A stretch of 45,725 bases of DNA, from the NCBI RefSeq assembly GCF_001194135.2, contig NC_068990.1:1958864-2004588 (forward strand), in the 5' to 3' direction. Each line of letters begins with the position of its first letter. Position 1 is the stretch's first letter. The notes beneath the pieces were generated by a model. It was not told the origin of the DNA, did no database searches, and saw only the letters and a program-made list of their open reading frames with translations. Positions 1 to 11,290 of this stretch are shown here, piece by piece. The position numbers and the translations under genes were made by a program. Source of the DNA: Octopus bimaculoides. Lineage: Eukaryota.

Positions 1-66
<66 letters not shown>
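1..66. repeat. Compound (TC)n-(TA)n microsatellite
   Basis: Read directly from the sequence. Confidence 0.97.
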
Positions 67-69
<3 letters not shown>

Positions 70-546
70 CAGTATAATATCCAAAATACACTACGAATCA
101 TTTTTTCATAATGTAATGCCATATTTTCATTATTCAGTTTTCGACGTCGCCTCATAGTTGCCATCGTTTTGAGCCAAGAAAGTTGTTGGTTGATTTCCTG
201 TCTGAAGACGGAATTACGTGATATGCTGTGGCATCACGAAACGATTCATAACATATCCTGGTGATTGTATTATATTAAACTACAATATATTCTGCTATGC
301 CGGCGGTTTAGTACTCTCATCTGATATATGAAAAGTACACGTAAGCTACAAACATATAATCACACACTCGTATAAATACATTACTTGCAGTTCTCGAAGA
401 CACAGCTCATGACTATGAAGAAATCATATTATTTCTGTATAACTAAATAGCTTACGATTGCAAAAATGTTTTAATGCAATCATATATTTTCAAAGGTAAA
501 TTAAAATTATAGATACGAAATATTTATATAAGAACAAGGTATTGAA

Positions 547-547
547 T

Positions 548-579
<32 letters not shown>

Positions 580-663
580 CTCTCTCTCTCTCTCTCTCTC
601 TCTAACGCACACAAATACACTGTTTCCTCTTCTTCTTCTTCTTCTTCTTCTTCTTCTTCTTCT
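547..663. repeat. (CA)n-(TC)n microsatellite followed by (CTT)n
   Basis: Read directly. Explains ORFs 542..730 and 547..774. Confidence 0.95.
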
Positions 664-799
664 ATCTTCGTTAAGGATAGAACAGGTACAAAAGTTAGTG
701 CTTACGGAAATTCTAAAGTATAACCAGTAATTCCAAAATTCGCTCTTACGGAAACTCTTATAATGAGAGCTCATTATAAACTGGGTGGGAGGAAAGCTA

Positions 800-979
800 T
801 CGCTGAAATGATTGTATCTGGGCCAATCAAGTAAGGTGATGGGTGTACTTATTTTATCGATCCCGAAAGGATGAGAGGCAGGTTAACCTCGGCAGAGTTA
901 GAACTCAAAACGTAGAAACGGATGGAACACCGCTAAGCATCTTGCTTGATGTGGTAACGATTCTTCCAGCTCTCCGTCC
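800..979 (-). mobile_element. tRNA-derived SINE family A, diverged copy 1
   Basis: Reverse complement matches the family head GGCGGCGAGCTGGCAGAATCGTTAGC...CTGAGTTCAAATTCCGCCGAGGTCGAC seen on + at 6159 and in several other copies in this window. Has Pol III A/B-box-like motifs. Confidence 0.8.
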
Positions 980-996
980 TCATAAAAGAAAAAAAC

Positions 997-1221
997 AATA
1001 ATAATAATAACCCTTTCTGCTATAGGCACAAGTCCTGAAATTTTGTGGGAGGCGGATAGTCGATTTATCGACCCCAGTGTTTCAGTGGCACTTAATTTAT
1101 CGACCCGAAATGATGGAAGGTAAAGTCGATCTCGGCTAAATTAAAATTTAAAATGTGAAGACAAACGAAACGCCGCTAAGCCTTTTGCCTGATGTGCTAG
1201 CCATTCTGCCAACTCACCGCC
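997..1221 (-). mobile_element. tRNA-derived SINE family A, full-length copy 2 with (AAT)n tail
   Basis: Tail aataataataaccctttctgctataggcacaag, body tttatcgacccgaaa...gtcgatctcggc, head end ctcaccgcc at 1221. Confidence 0.9.
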
Positions 1222-1226
1222 TAAAG

Positions 1227-1447
1227 AATAATAATCCTTTCTATTATAGGCACAAGGCCTGAAATTCGGAGGAGATTGTTAAGTCGATTACATCGACGTC
1301 AGTACTCAACTGGTACTTATTTGATCGACCGCAAAAGGATGACAGATAAAGTTGACCTCTGCGGAATTTGAACTCAGAACGTAAAGACGGACGAAATGCC
1401 ACTAAGTATTTTGTCCGTCGTGCTAAAGATTCTGCCAGCTCACCTCC
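1227..1447 (-). mobile_element. tRNA-derived SINE family A, full-length copy 3
   Basis: Colinear with copy 2 along its whole length: ctggtacttatttgatcgacc, ggaatttgaactcagaacg, ttctgccagctcacctcc. Confidence 0.9.
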
Positions 1448-1500
1448 TAGTTAATAATAATAATAACAATAATAATAATAATAATAATGATGATAATAAT

Positions 1501-1648
1501 AATAGTCAAGACGAAGAGCACAATTCGATTGTATAAATGTTTTATTCGTTGAACAATATTTCGGCAGTAAAGACAGACGTACTGTCGAAATATTGTTCAA
1601 CGAATAAAACATTTATACAATCGAATCGCGCACTTCGTCTTCACTATT
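1501..1648. repeat. 148-bp near-perfect inverted repeat (about 69-bp arms, about 10-nt loop)
   Basis: Core arm 1523-1569 (attcgattgtataaatgttttattcgttgaacaatatttcggcagta) is the reverse complement of 1580-1626 with 1 mismatch. The arms extend outward to 1501 and 1648 with about 4 more mismatches. Confidence 0.95.
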
Positions 1649-1683
1649 TACCTTCGTGAAGAGGTACGTCAATCCTTTTAAAA

Positions 1684-1685
<2 letters not shown>

Positions 1686-1770
<85 letters not shown>
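1686..1770. repeat. (AAT)n grading into (GAT)n microsatellite
   Basis: Read directly. Similar tracts at 1452-1503, 2484-2558 and 11912-11978. Confidence 0.95.
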
Positions 1771-1771
<1 letters not shown>

Positions 1772-2483
1772 AAAAACTGACCAAAGTTCAAGATAATGAC
1801 TAGTCCACAATCATCTGAGATATGCCTGTTCAAACCGACAAAGAAATAAAAGTTAATCTTCCAGACGTAATAATTAAGGTTTGGAAAGAAAAAAAAACAA
1901 CAAAAAAACATCTGTTTACTGTTACACATTGCAGGGCCTTCTGACCAAAATGTTGTCCAAAAAGAAGTGGAGAAAATGTAAATGTATAAAAACCTCGAAA
2001 ATGAAGCATTCAAGATGTGTGTCCTGATGGTGAAAACAATATCAATAATAATTAGAGCTTAGGGAATGATAAAAAAAAAAACATATGAACAAAAACGTAG
2101 AAGCTATACCTGAATCCTCAACACACACAAAACACTATCCCCCAAAATAGCTCTGTAAGGAACAGCCCACAACCTATGCAAGACACTATCAGTTCAATAA
2201 TAAGCCGTAAGCAAATCAATCCACAAAACAAGACGATCTATACAGCAAATATCCAATGAAATAAACTACCACCAGCAACCTGAATACCCAACACATTACA
2301 CGCAAAAGACACAATACAAACACTAAAACAATAAAAGACTGCACCACAACCCAAAAAACAAAACAAAAAACGAAAGAAACTGATCAATACAATACCGGGA
2401 AGAGTTTGCACACTTCCAACCACAGAATGAACACACACTGCTGCACATAGTAGAAATTCAGCTGAAACTATCAAAGGTAGAAC

Positions 2484-2559
<76 letters not shown>

Positions 2560-3123
2560 TGCAAATTACAATATATGAATAAACGTTTGAATGTTTTGTT
2601 TCAGGAACTGATGTTATTTCGATATCATTAATGTAATTTTATCTGTATTTCTAAAATGCCACGCTCTTCCGGAGATGTAAATAGAATTGTTTCCCTCAGC
2701 GGGAAGTCTTAAACGTAAACAGCCTCTTTTATATACTGCGTTGTTGTTTCCCATTCGTTGTTATTGTTGCTATTCGGTTGTCGTTACGACAGCCGAGTTT
2801 ATTTTCAAATTTTCTGACGGAATAAATATTTTACACAACCATTTGTATTGAGGTCTTTGCTGTAATTGTTTGTTAAAAAAGGATAACAAACCAATAATTA
2901 CATTTATATACAGGGTGTGTAAAAAAAAAAAATAGATTTAAAACAGTGCACCAACTATCTGAAGTTATGTTCTGGCAAATCCAATGCTCAGCATGGATGA
3001 TCATAAAATTCATTTTAATGATAGTGAAATCCTCCTATGTCAGCTAGTCATCGATCTATACGTGCTAGAGGGAACGTATATTTAGTGCATTTGGCGATTT
3101 CTATCAAGTTCAATACTGAAATA

Positions 3124-3340
3124 TCCCTTTCTATTATACACTCAAATCCCGAATGTTGGGGCAGGGTGTTAGTTGATTACATCGACCTCAGTGCTTGACT
3201 GGTACTTATTTTATCGACCCCGAAAATAATAAAAAGGCTAAATTCGACCTCGATGGAATTTGAACTCAGAATGTAAAGATGGGAAAAATGCTATTAAGCA
3301 CTTTTTTCCGGCGTGCTGACATTTCTACCAGTTCGTCGCT
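3124..3340 (-). mobile_element. tRNA-derived SINE family A, copy 4
   Basis: ctggtacttattttatcgaccccgaaa and ggaatttgaactcagaatg are colinear with copies 2 and 3. Confidence 0.88.
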
Positions 3341-3342
3341 TT

Positions 3343-3554
3343 GTATTATTGGTTTCAAATTTTGGCAGCAATTTCGGGGTAGGGGTAAGTCAATTATATC
3401 TACCCCAGTGTTCAATTGATATTTATTCTATCGACCCCAAAAGGGATGAAAGGAAAAATCGACCTCGGCGGAATTTGAACTCAGAACGTGAAGATGGACG
3501 AAATGCCGCTAAGCATTTTACCCGGTGTTCTAACGATTCTGCCAGCTTACCCAC
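3343..3554 (-). mobile_element. tRNA-derived SINE family A, copy 5 (variant tail ggtttcaaattttggc)
   Basis: Body and head are colinear with the family. The tail variant is shared with the copy at 37005. Confidence 0.9.
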
Positions 3555-3574
3555 CTCAGCTACCTTGATATATT

Positions 3575-3786
3575 CCTTTCTACTCGAGGCATAAGGCTAG
3601 AAATTATGGGGGAGGAGGCCAGTCAATTAGATCGACTTCAGTACGCAACTGGTAGTTAATTTATCGACCCCCAAAGGATGAAAGGCAAAATCGACCTCGG
3701 TGGAATTTGAATTCAGAACGTGAAGACGGACGAAATACCGCTACGCATTTTGCCCGCTGTGCTAACGATTCTGCCAGCTCACCGCC
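3575..3786 (-). mobile_element. tRNA-derived SINE family A, copy 6, flanked by 20-bp direct repeats
   Basis: Full-length copy. Flanks ctcagctaccttgatatatt (3555-3574) and ctcagccgccttgatatatt (3787-3806) match at 18 of 20 positions. Confidence 0.9.
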
Positions 3787-3844
3787 CTCAGCCGCCTTGA
3801 TATATTGACAGTGCAATGTATTTGTTTCCTATTAAGCGTCAAAT

Positions 3845-4310
3845 AACGAAAATACTTTTACAGAAGCCTTTGTAATAGTGCAACAGAACTACGAGAAGCG
3901 TTTGAGCTACAGTCAATATCATGCCTGCTATCAGCATTTCAAATTGAGTAGATGACACTAAAATATACACAACCTTCCACAACAAAGGATGGCAATCATA
4001 TTACAAAGGCGCGTGCTGTAATCCGTGTAAAAACATCATCTGAGTGTCCTAACATCTTCCGAAGAAGTAGGCATCTATGAAAGTTCTTATTACATGATTT
4101 TAAAAGAAACCTTGGATGTGAATCGTATTGTGACAAAATCTGTGCCATATCTGTTGACATATGACCCAAAGAAGTGATCTTAGCCACAACCAGCAGTCAG
4201 GAATGTTTGAATGTTCAAATGCTGACTAAAACATTTTACAAAACATCGTAACGGGGAAGGAAACGTAGATTTGCGGTTACGGTGGCGTAACAAAAACGAA
4301 CTTTGTCTAT
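3845..4310 (+). mobile_element. Decayed mariner transposase fragment (HTH region to first catalytic D)
   Basis: Manual translation across stops and frameshifts gives KPSTTKDGNHITKARAVIR, SEEVGIYESSYYMILKETLDVNRIVTKSVPYLLT and LQNIVTGKET*ICGY. These correspond to the mariner motifs GRPST, WVPRLLT and IVTGDETWIYGYD. Confidence 0.8.
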
Positions 4311-4849
4311 CGTCGTTTTGACCAAAATAATAATAAAAATAAGAGTCCGTCAAAGTTGATCTTCAATTTTCATTGGAAGCTTCTTGTTCATTATGAGTTC
4401 TTTTTTCCTTGTAGTCTGGCAGCCAATAAAGTGTTTTGCTTGAATGTACATTTGAGTGAGGTATTGTAAGGCCTGGGGCATGGACACACAAAAAATACTG
4501 CACTCGAACAACGTATCTGATCATGCGTTACTCCTTATCTGTGATAGTGGGAAAGTACAAAACTACAGTTCTCTATCAGCCGCTCTACTTACTGGGAAGC
4601 TTTTTGTTCCTGAAGTTGAAATCAATCCTGAATGATTGCCTATGTTTGACGCTAGAAAACATCGAAGAAAATTCACTACAAAATCTGCAGACTATACATG
4701 AGAACATGTTCCAGTTCACAGTATAAAACTAGAAAGCATTAAATGTGGGTAGAGTTATTATGAATGAGACCAGCCTCATTAAATTTATAGAAAAAAAGAA
4801 GCAGTAAACTTGTCTTTAAATGTTTGGTTTCGTTAGGGACAATACGTCG

Positions 4850-4890
<41 letters not shown>

Positions 4891-5670
4891 ATAATTAAGG
4901 GATCAGCAAATATTTGCTTCACCATATACCGAAGTTCAGAAATAGCAGCTAAAAAAGTTGANNNNNNNNNNNNNNNNNNNNNNNNNNNNNNNNNNNNNNN
5001 NNNNNNNNNNNNNNNNNNNNNNNNNNNNNNNNNNNNNNNNNNNNNNNNNNNNNNNNNNNNNNNNNNNNNNNNNNNNNNNNNNNNNNNNNNNNNNNNNNNN
5101 NNNNNNNNNNNNNNNNNNNNNNNNNNNNNNNNNNNNNNNNNNNNNNNNNNNNNNNNNNNNNNNNNNNNNNNNNNNNNNNNNNNNNNNNNNNNNNNNNNNN
5201 NNNNNNNNNNNNNNNNNNNNNNNNNNNNNNNNNNNNNNNNNNNNNNTGTGTGTGTGTGTGTGTGTGTGTGTGTGCCTGTAAATATAATTCAATACATATA
5301 AATGTATTATGTATACGTATATGTTCTAGTGAGCACGCACGTGTTTATATAACGGACGAAAGAAAAAAAGTCTACAACAGAGTGGGGCCAAAAGAACTCG
5401 GACATTCTCTGGTAAAATCAATAATACTTGTCCCTGCTGGAAGGAGCGATATTTTTGCAAATTTTCGAAATCATTATCATCTACATTGAACGGCTGATAA
5501 ATAGTGTCCAGTAATGCAACCACTAAAAATCATAATATATGCATGTTGTGTACATATGTGTGTGCGTTTGTGTGTGTAATAATTTATGTATGCATGTATC
5601 TATATATACATTTAGACATTTGTGTATCATTCTTAATGTTAATATATCGGAATAGGTAAATTTATTGCAG

Positions 5671-5763
5671 TATTAGTTCTGAGACAATGTCACATATGGA
5701 TATGCTGTGGTTAAAAACACAAAATATATTAGTAGCAGATGAAAATCCTTTTAGCGCCGGCCG
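5671..5763 (+). CDS. Weak candidate internal exon (93 nt, phase 2-2): ISSETMSHMDMLWLKTQNILVADENPFSAG
   Basis: Acceptor tttattgcag and consensus donor CG|GTAAGT. Only one of three frames is open and the length is divisible by 3. No protein family recognised. Confidence 0.2.
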
Positions 5764-6158
5764 GTAAGTATGCGAAAGACATTTCAACCCCCTTAAACTT
5801 TATCTCATGTACTCAAAGCTAAACTCATGAGAAGAAAGAATCTGTCTCCAACGATATAAGGAAACAGTGAGTAAACATTCACTGATATTCGAAACAGCCT
5901 CCTGGCTGAATAAAAATCCGTTATATGCAACAGAAACAATATTAGATTAAGACAACCATTTGTGTATCGTTTTAAACTTTAATACATCGTGAGAGGCAAA
6001 TTTATTCGTCCTGAGATAAAATGACATAGGGATATTCTGTGTTTTGAAGCCAAACATATATTAGTTGGTTCTTAGTATATGCTACAAACAAAAGCCCAAT
6101 GTGACAAAAATACATCTGGCATTCTCACTGGCTACCTCCAATATGTTTTGTGTTTTTA

Positions 6159-6263
6159 GGGTGGCGAGCCGGCAGAATCGTTAGCACACCGGGCGAAATG
6201 CTTAGCGGTATTTCGTCTGCCGTTACGGTCTGAGTTCAAATTCCGCTGAGGTCGACTTTATCA
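6159..6263 (+). mobile_element. tRNA-derived SINE family A, 5' half only
   Basis: ggtggcgagccggcagaatcgttagcacaccgggcgaaatgcttagcggtatttcgtc...ctgagttcaaattccgctgaggtcgacttt. Confidence 0.9.
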
Positions 6264-7251
6264 TTTAAATATATATGATGAGCATGTTTAGATATGCAAC
6301 AATATGCGTGCTGCAGTCATAAAACAAAACATACGAATCTGCATGCATACATACATACATACATACAAACAAACAAACAAAAATACCCTGTTGTTGATGT
6401 TGAAATTCCAATGAAGGAGCCTTGAATCTAGGTTAGAAACCGGCTCTTTCTCTATGGGCAAGAAATCTTGAAATAAAACTGAATAATTGCATACATACAC
6501 AAATCCACACACATCATATCCTTATGCTTAACTATCAGATTGGTTCTGTCAGCTGAAATGTGCGGTGCCTCTAGTCATTCTGATCCTTCATTTTATTACT
6601 AACTTTTAGTTCGGTCACCAATTCTCACAAGTACTTACTGGAAGTTTACTTGTGTAAGAAGAAATCCTTGCTGCAAGCTAGAAGTCATATAAATCTTAAA
6701 TGGCTTTTCGTAGCTATACATTCATGCTAATGCTTTATTTTCTGGACCAGGTAAGATTACTCTTCCATTGTAATTCTATACTCTGCGGTCATTCAAATGC
6801 TACACACCTTTAAAAGTACATTCTTTCTATTTAAGCTTATATGATCAGACAATTTTGACTTACCGACATGATGTCCTTTCCCACCCCACATTCGCCATTC
6901 ATATTCATGTGGGTTTGAATGACAACCGAGTGTATGATACAAAAGTAAATTTACAACAGAATTTTAGAATAGTGCTACATTCCATTATCGGATGAATTGC
7001 ATTGATTTTTATCTTATCCATTATGTTTATAACATGAGAACAAAGATCATATCTTATACAATTCGAATATTTTTTTAGCTCAAGAACTAAAAGACTAAGC
7101 CAATCTAGAGAGATAATATTCCAGCCTCGAATTATGAGGTCGAGAATTGTATCTTATTTAAATATTTCATCCCAAAACGTGGTTTTGTATGTGCAATCTG
7201 TTGCAGAATATTTTATATTTTAATACGACATTGTAAGGACGGTTTTCTGTC

Positions 7252-7253
<2 letters not shown>

Positions 7254-7348
<95 letters not shown>

Positions 7349-7395
7349 TATATATACACATACACATACACATACATACATATGTATGTATGTAT
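7254..7395. repeat. (TC)n plus (CA)n, (TA)n and (CATA)n compound microsatellite
   Basis: Read directly. Confidence 0.95.
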
Positions 7396-7702
7396 GTACA
7401 ATACTGTGTGGGTATATCTCTCGTTCACTCTTTCACATACACACACAATTGCACCCATGCACATACGTATTAGCCAAAGTCGCCACTCGGAAGCGTATAT
7501 GTGTTGGTAGTGTGTTCTGTGCTTTCGTTAATAGTCATAGGTATTTATTTTGCCGTGCTACTGAGCAAACAAAAATAACATGCGAGATGATGTTTTGCGT
7601 CTACTTTATTTTTATACTTGTTTTGACTGGAGAGAAGAGTAGTGTTTATGGACTTGTGCAGGCTCTTTTAGAAAGGCAGGATTACCTTCGTCAGTGTTCC
7701 AA

Positions 7703-7927
7703 TGGCTGAGTGGTTAAAGCGTCGGCTCACAAACATGAGGTTGTGAGTTCGATTCCCGGACCGGGCTGTATGTTGTGTTCTTGACTAAGTTTATTTCACG
7801 TTGCTCCAGTTCACTCAACTGTAGAGATGAGTTGCAACATCACTGGTGTAAACCTGTATCGGGCTTTGCCTTTCTCTTGGATAGTATCGGTGGCGTGGAG
7901 AGGAGAGGCTGGTATGCATGAGCGAAC
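7703..7927 (+). mobile_element. tRNA-derived SINE family C with a CORE/Meta-like central domain
   Basis: A-box TGGCTGAGTGG and B-box GAGTTCGATTC, then ttgtgttcttgactaag...tttcacgttgctccagttcactca. This central part is shared with the minus-strand copies at 33470 and 38770. Confidence 0.8.
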
Positions 7928-9031
7928 CGACGTGTGTATATGTACATACATGCATTCGTACGTACGTATGTATGTATGTATGTATGTATGTATGTATTAT
8001 ACATTAAAAGAAAGGGAGAAGTAGAGATACTTACAACTACTTACTCCTACTTCTCCCTTTTTGATTCACCTTTACTCTAATTAAATATTCTAAATGACCT
8101 GAAATACTCGTCTTGCCTTGGTTTTTGTTTTCCTTTGCTTTTGATATATACTGACTCGAAAGCCTACTTCGGATCCCCAGCTCCAACTTCAGCTGTGAAC
8201 TTGGAACCTAATGGATGACCAATTACAGCCCGTACGCAGGCTATCTGTTGGTTTAGATCATCGGTGAACTAAACCCTCATACTCTTTATGTATGTGTGTG
8301 TGTGTGTGTGTGTGTATTCGTATATGCACGTGTGTATTGTGTTGCATATATTCGGTATGTGAAAATATTGAAACACCTAAATTCTATTGAATTCTGCGAC
8401 CGGATTATATATACCCACAATGGTCAATCTTCTAGAGTACTTTCTAGGTACAATCCCATGGTTATTCGTGACCGTAGGGGATCTTTACTCTTTACCCCGA
8501 ACCATTTTTTAAGTCAACAATTGCGAGAAAGATATGAACATGGAGAGGATTCTAGCGGTTCGACGTTTTGATAAGAAAAGACTGAGCATAGTAGTTGGTG
8601 TGTGTGTGTGTCGGGGTTTGTGGTGGTTTAAGCGATAAGCACGAGTGATGGGAGTTAGAGAGATGAGTAGGAGTTACTAAATGGAGGCGGGATGAACCCA
8701 ACCATTTCCTCAGATATAATTATAGTAGTAATAGAAAATGGAGTGAGAGGAAATTGCTAGCTTATAGACAAGAAAATAGAGCGTGCCGGTGAGTGATTTT
8801 GTAGCATTCAGTCAGGTGGTCTTTTTCCGGACGCACCCAAGGTTGCCTGTGTGTGCAGAAGCAAACCTGCCCCAGATTTTGGAGAGATAATATACTGTGC
8901 TTCTTATTTGAGTTTTGCAGAATATATATTTTTCCTATTTCTGAAATTGTAAAAAAATGTGATGCGAATATGAAGAAACAAATAATTCTCTGAAAGCTAA
9001 ACAAGTAACACAATGCAGGTAACTGTGTGTG

Positions 9032-9034
<3 letters not shown>

Positions 9035-9065
<31 letters not shown>

Positions 9066-9220
9066 NNNNNNNNNNNNNNNNNNNNNNNNNNNNNNNNNNN
9101 NNNNNNNNNNNNNNNNNNNNNNNNNNNNNNNNNNNNNNNNNNNNNNNNNNNNNNNNNNNNNNNNNNNNNNNNNNNNNNNNNNNNNNNNNNNNNNNNNNNN
9201 NNNNNNNNNNNNNNNNNNNN

Positions 9221-9275
<55 letters not shown>
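9035..9275. repeat. (GA)n microsatellite spanning an assembly gap (N 9066-9220)
   Basis: Read directly. Confidence 0.95.
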
Positions 9276-9278
<3 letters not shown>

Positions 9279-10244
9279 AATGTGAATAGAGAGTGTAATT
9301 ATTAATTTGAAATCCAATGAGAGATTAAAAAAGAGGAGGTATCTTTGATATTGGAACTTAACCGCTTCTGCGAAAAGTTACAAAGAAGAATACAAGAGTT
9401 TAAATGGAGGAAGACAGGCAGGAGTAACGGAGAAAGAGGTTGTTCTATTTCAAATAATGATGAAAATATGCGTACATATGTGTTTGCCTGTGTGTGTGTA
9501 TGTGTGTGTATACACCGATACAAAAGGCTTCCATCCACTTTGTGTTTTCCAATCTCCACTCATAAGCTATTTCTTCAATGTACCGCTTACTAGGATCAAA
9601 CATAAACCCACACAGTAGCGAAATGAGCTTCCTAGCCACACACGCATGCCTAATACTGAATTCCAAATATATTTAATAATCTCATAATCCATTGTGTTAA
9701 GTTTCAAGCAAAGATCCCCATCGATTTATTTATTATATGAAACTGTCTGCTCTGTTTAGTTTATTTAGTTTTGTTTCTTTCTTCGTTTTATTGATTTACT
9801 TTTTTAAGGCTGTTGTGTAAGATTACATCGAATTTTCATGCGATAATTCGACCTCTGATACTAATTAGATTAGAAGGATCAATTTTTCTACATTTCTACC
9901 TTCACCTATAATGTTGTTAGCTAAATTTGTTCATTGATATGAAAATATACTTTTGACAAGTGCATGGAATAACTTTATTTTTAGATTTATTAAATAAGTT
10001 AATGATTGGGCGAGACGGTTACCACCTCCCAGATGCAATGATTTATTCACTTTCTCTCAGATAAAAGAAAGCAAAATCTCGTGAGAGTGAGGGAGAAATC
10101 TACTTTTTATTGTCTGAATTGTGAATATAGTGGAAATAATTCCTGGTAGAAATTGATAGACGTTATTTCCTAAAAGGTGGCGCAAGTGAATACAAATAAC
10201 TAGTTTGAGAAACCAAAGAAAGAACGCATTCCCGTCGCATAACA

Positions 10245-10425
10245 TGCTAGAAATAGCAACCTGATGTCCGTATAATCATACCTTATCGCTTCAAAATATG
10301 ATAAACACTTTGAGAAAGGGAGTCTAAAGTTCAATATATCTGAATAGAAGGTAGGATGGTTATGGCTGAAACACCTTTAGTCATAAATCTTGTCAATCAA
10401 GTCTGATCTGGAGTTACACAAATAC
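10245..10425 (+). mobile_element. Retroposon family B copy ((CAA)n-tailed, unclassified)
   Basis: ctagaaatagcaacc...ggatggttatggctgaaacacctttagtcataaatc...ctgatctggagttacacaaa is the reverse complement of the motifs at 20470-21130 and 18775-18970. Strand is inferred from the tail. Confidence 0.65.
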
Positions 10426-10749
10426 AGGAGAGTTATAATTGTTTGCATAACCTTCATTAGCAGCGACTTTCTTATTTTTTGGTAGGTAAAATCAGTAGGT
10501 TGGCAAATGGTGTGAATGGCAGAAAGAGCCTACCAGCCTATACTTAATAAGTTGCACCTGACTTTCACATTTAAGACACCTGCATGTGGTATTTTATCTG
10601 GCACATTTTGTTGATGTACATAATCGACGTCACTACACTTTCTCCATTTCTGTATATATTAATCTTTCTTATCCCTACTAACTGGTTAGTATATGCTTCG
10701 CGGAGGTGCTCCAATAATGCCAAAACATGCCAGTGTTATCAGTAGCTCG

Positions 10750-10855
10750 CTTTAACTTTGCATCAAAACACTTTCGTGTCGATAAACTGAGTACCAGTTG
10801 ATCACTGAGGTCCATATAATTTACAGGTTTTGTGCACCTATAGTAGAAAAAAGTA
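10750..10855 (+). mobile_element. Degenerate 3' half of SINE family A
   Basis: gtcgataaactgagtaccagttgatcactgaggtc...tgtgcacctatagtagaaa matches the family A body and tail. Confidence 0.6.
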
Positions 10856-11149
10856 TCAAGAAGTGAATATGTCAGCTTGAAATAATCTAAAATTATCCGG
10901 ACATAGTTTGAGAATCTATACAGTCCCAACTTATAATGTCTAAAAATTTCCGTTACATGATCTCATTGGAATTATCTCTCTTGTTAGTTTATTTCGTATT
11001 TTAAACAACCCTAGATGGAAAATTTGTCTACCAATTGCGTGGATAACATTAGTTGATCAAAGTTGAAAACCTGATTTTCCGTATACGAGATTCTAATGTT
11101 ACCTGTGTTACCTCTCCCTGTTACTCTCGTGTGTTACCTCTCCCACTTC

Positions 11150-11290
11150 ATCTTGTTGCTGTTTGCACCAAGTCAGCGTTAATTGAGATTTATGATCAGT
11201 AGCGTTTCAGTCATGACTCTCTTATCTCTGTGTCTATCTTAGTACGGTACCCACTGTAGTTTTGAAATTTTAAGCCAATATGAAGAAGGG
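11150..11290 (-). mobile_element. Retroposon family B, diverged copy
   Basis: ttgttgctgttt...gtcagcgttaattgagatttatgatcagtagcgtttcagtcatgac matches family B motifs. Confidence 0.5.

Noticed and set aside
138-260. Possible exon after acceptor tattcag (FSTSPH...EDGI or FRRRL...HNIS)
   Set aside because: Two competing frames with weak donors (GTGATA, GTGATT) and no recognisable product.
758-779. 22-bp palindrome TTATAATGAG-AG-CTCATTATAA
   Set aside because: Short and AT-rich, so plausible by chance in this composition.
2909-2935. TA|CAGGGTG, a Tc1-like terminus
   Set aside because: No matching inverted end or transposase remnant was found nearby.
5737-5763. PFSAGR resembles the cytochrome P450 heme-binding motif
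   Set aside because: There is no upstream PERF motif and no downstream CxG exon was identified.
6597-6756. TACTAAC branch-point consensus and a nearby CAG|GTAAGA donor
   Set aside because: The branch point is only about 6 nt from the AG, and all frames spanning 6610-6750 contain stops.
7703-7765. Possible tRNA gene
   Set aside because: A and B boxes and a D-stem are present, but the anticodon, T and acceptor stems do not pair, and the sequence continues into a SINE body.
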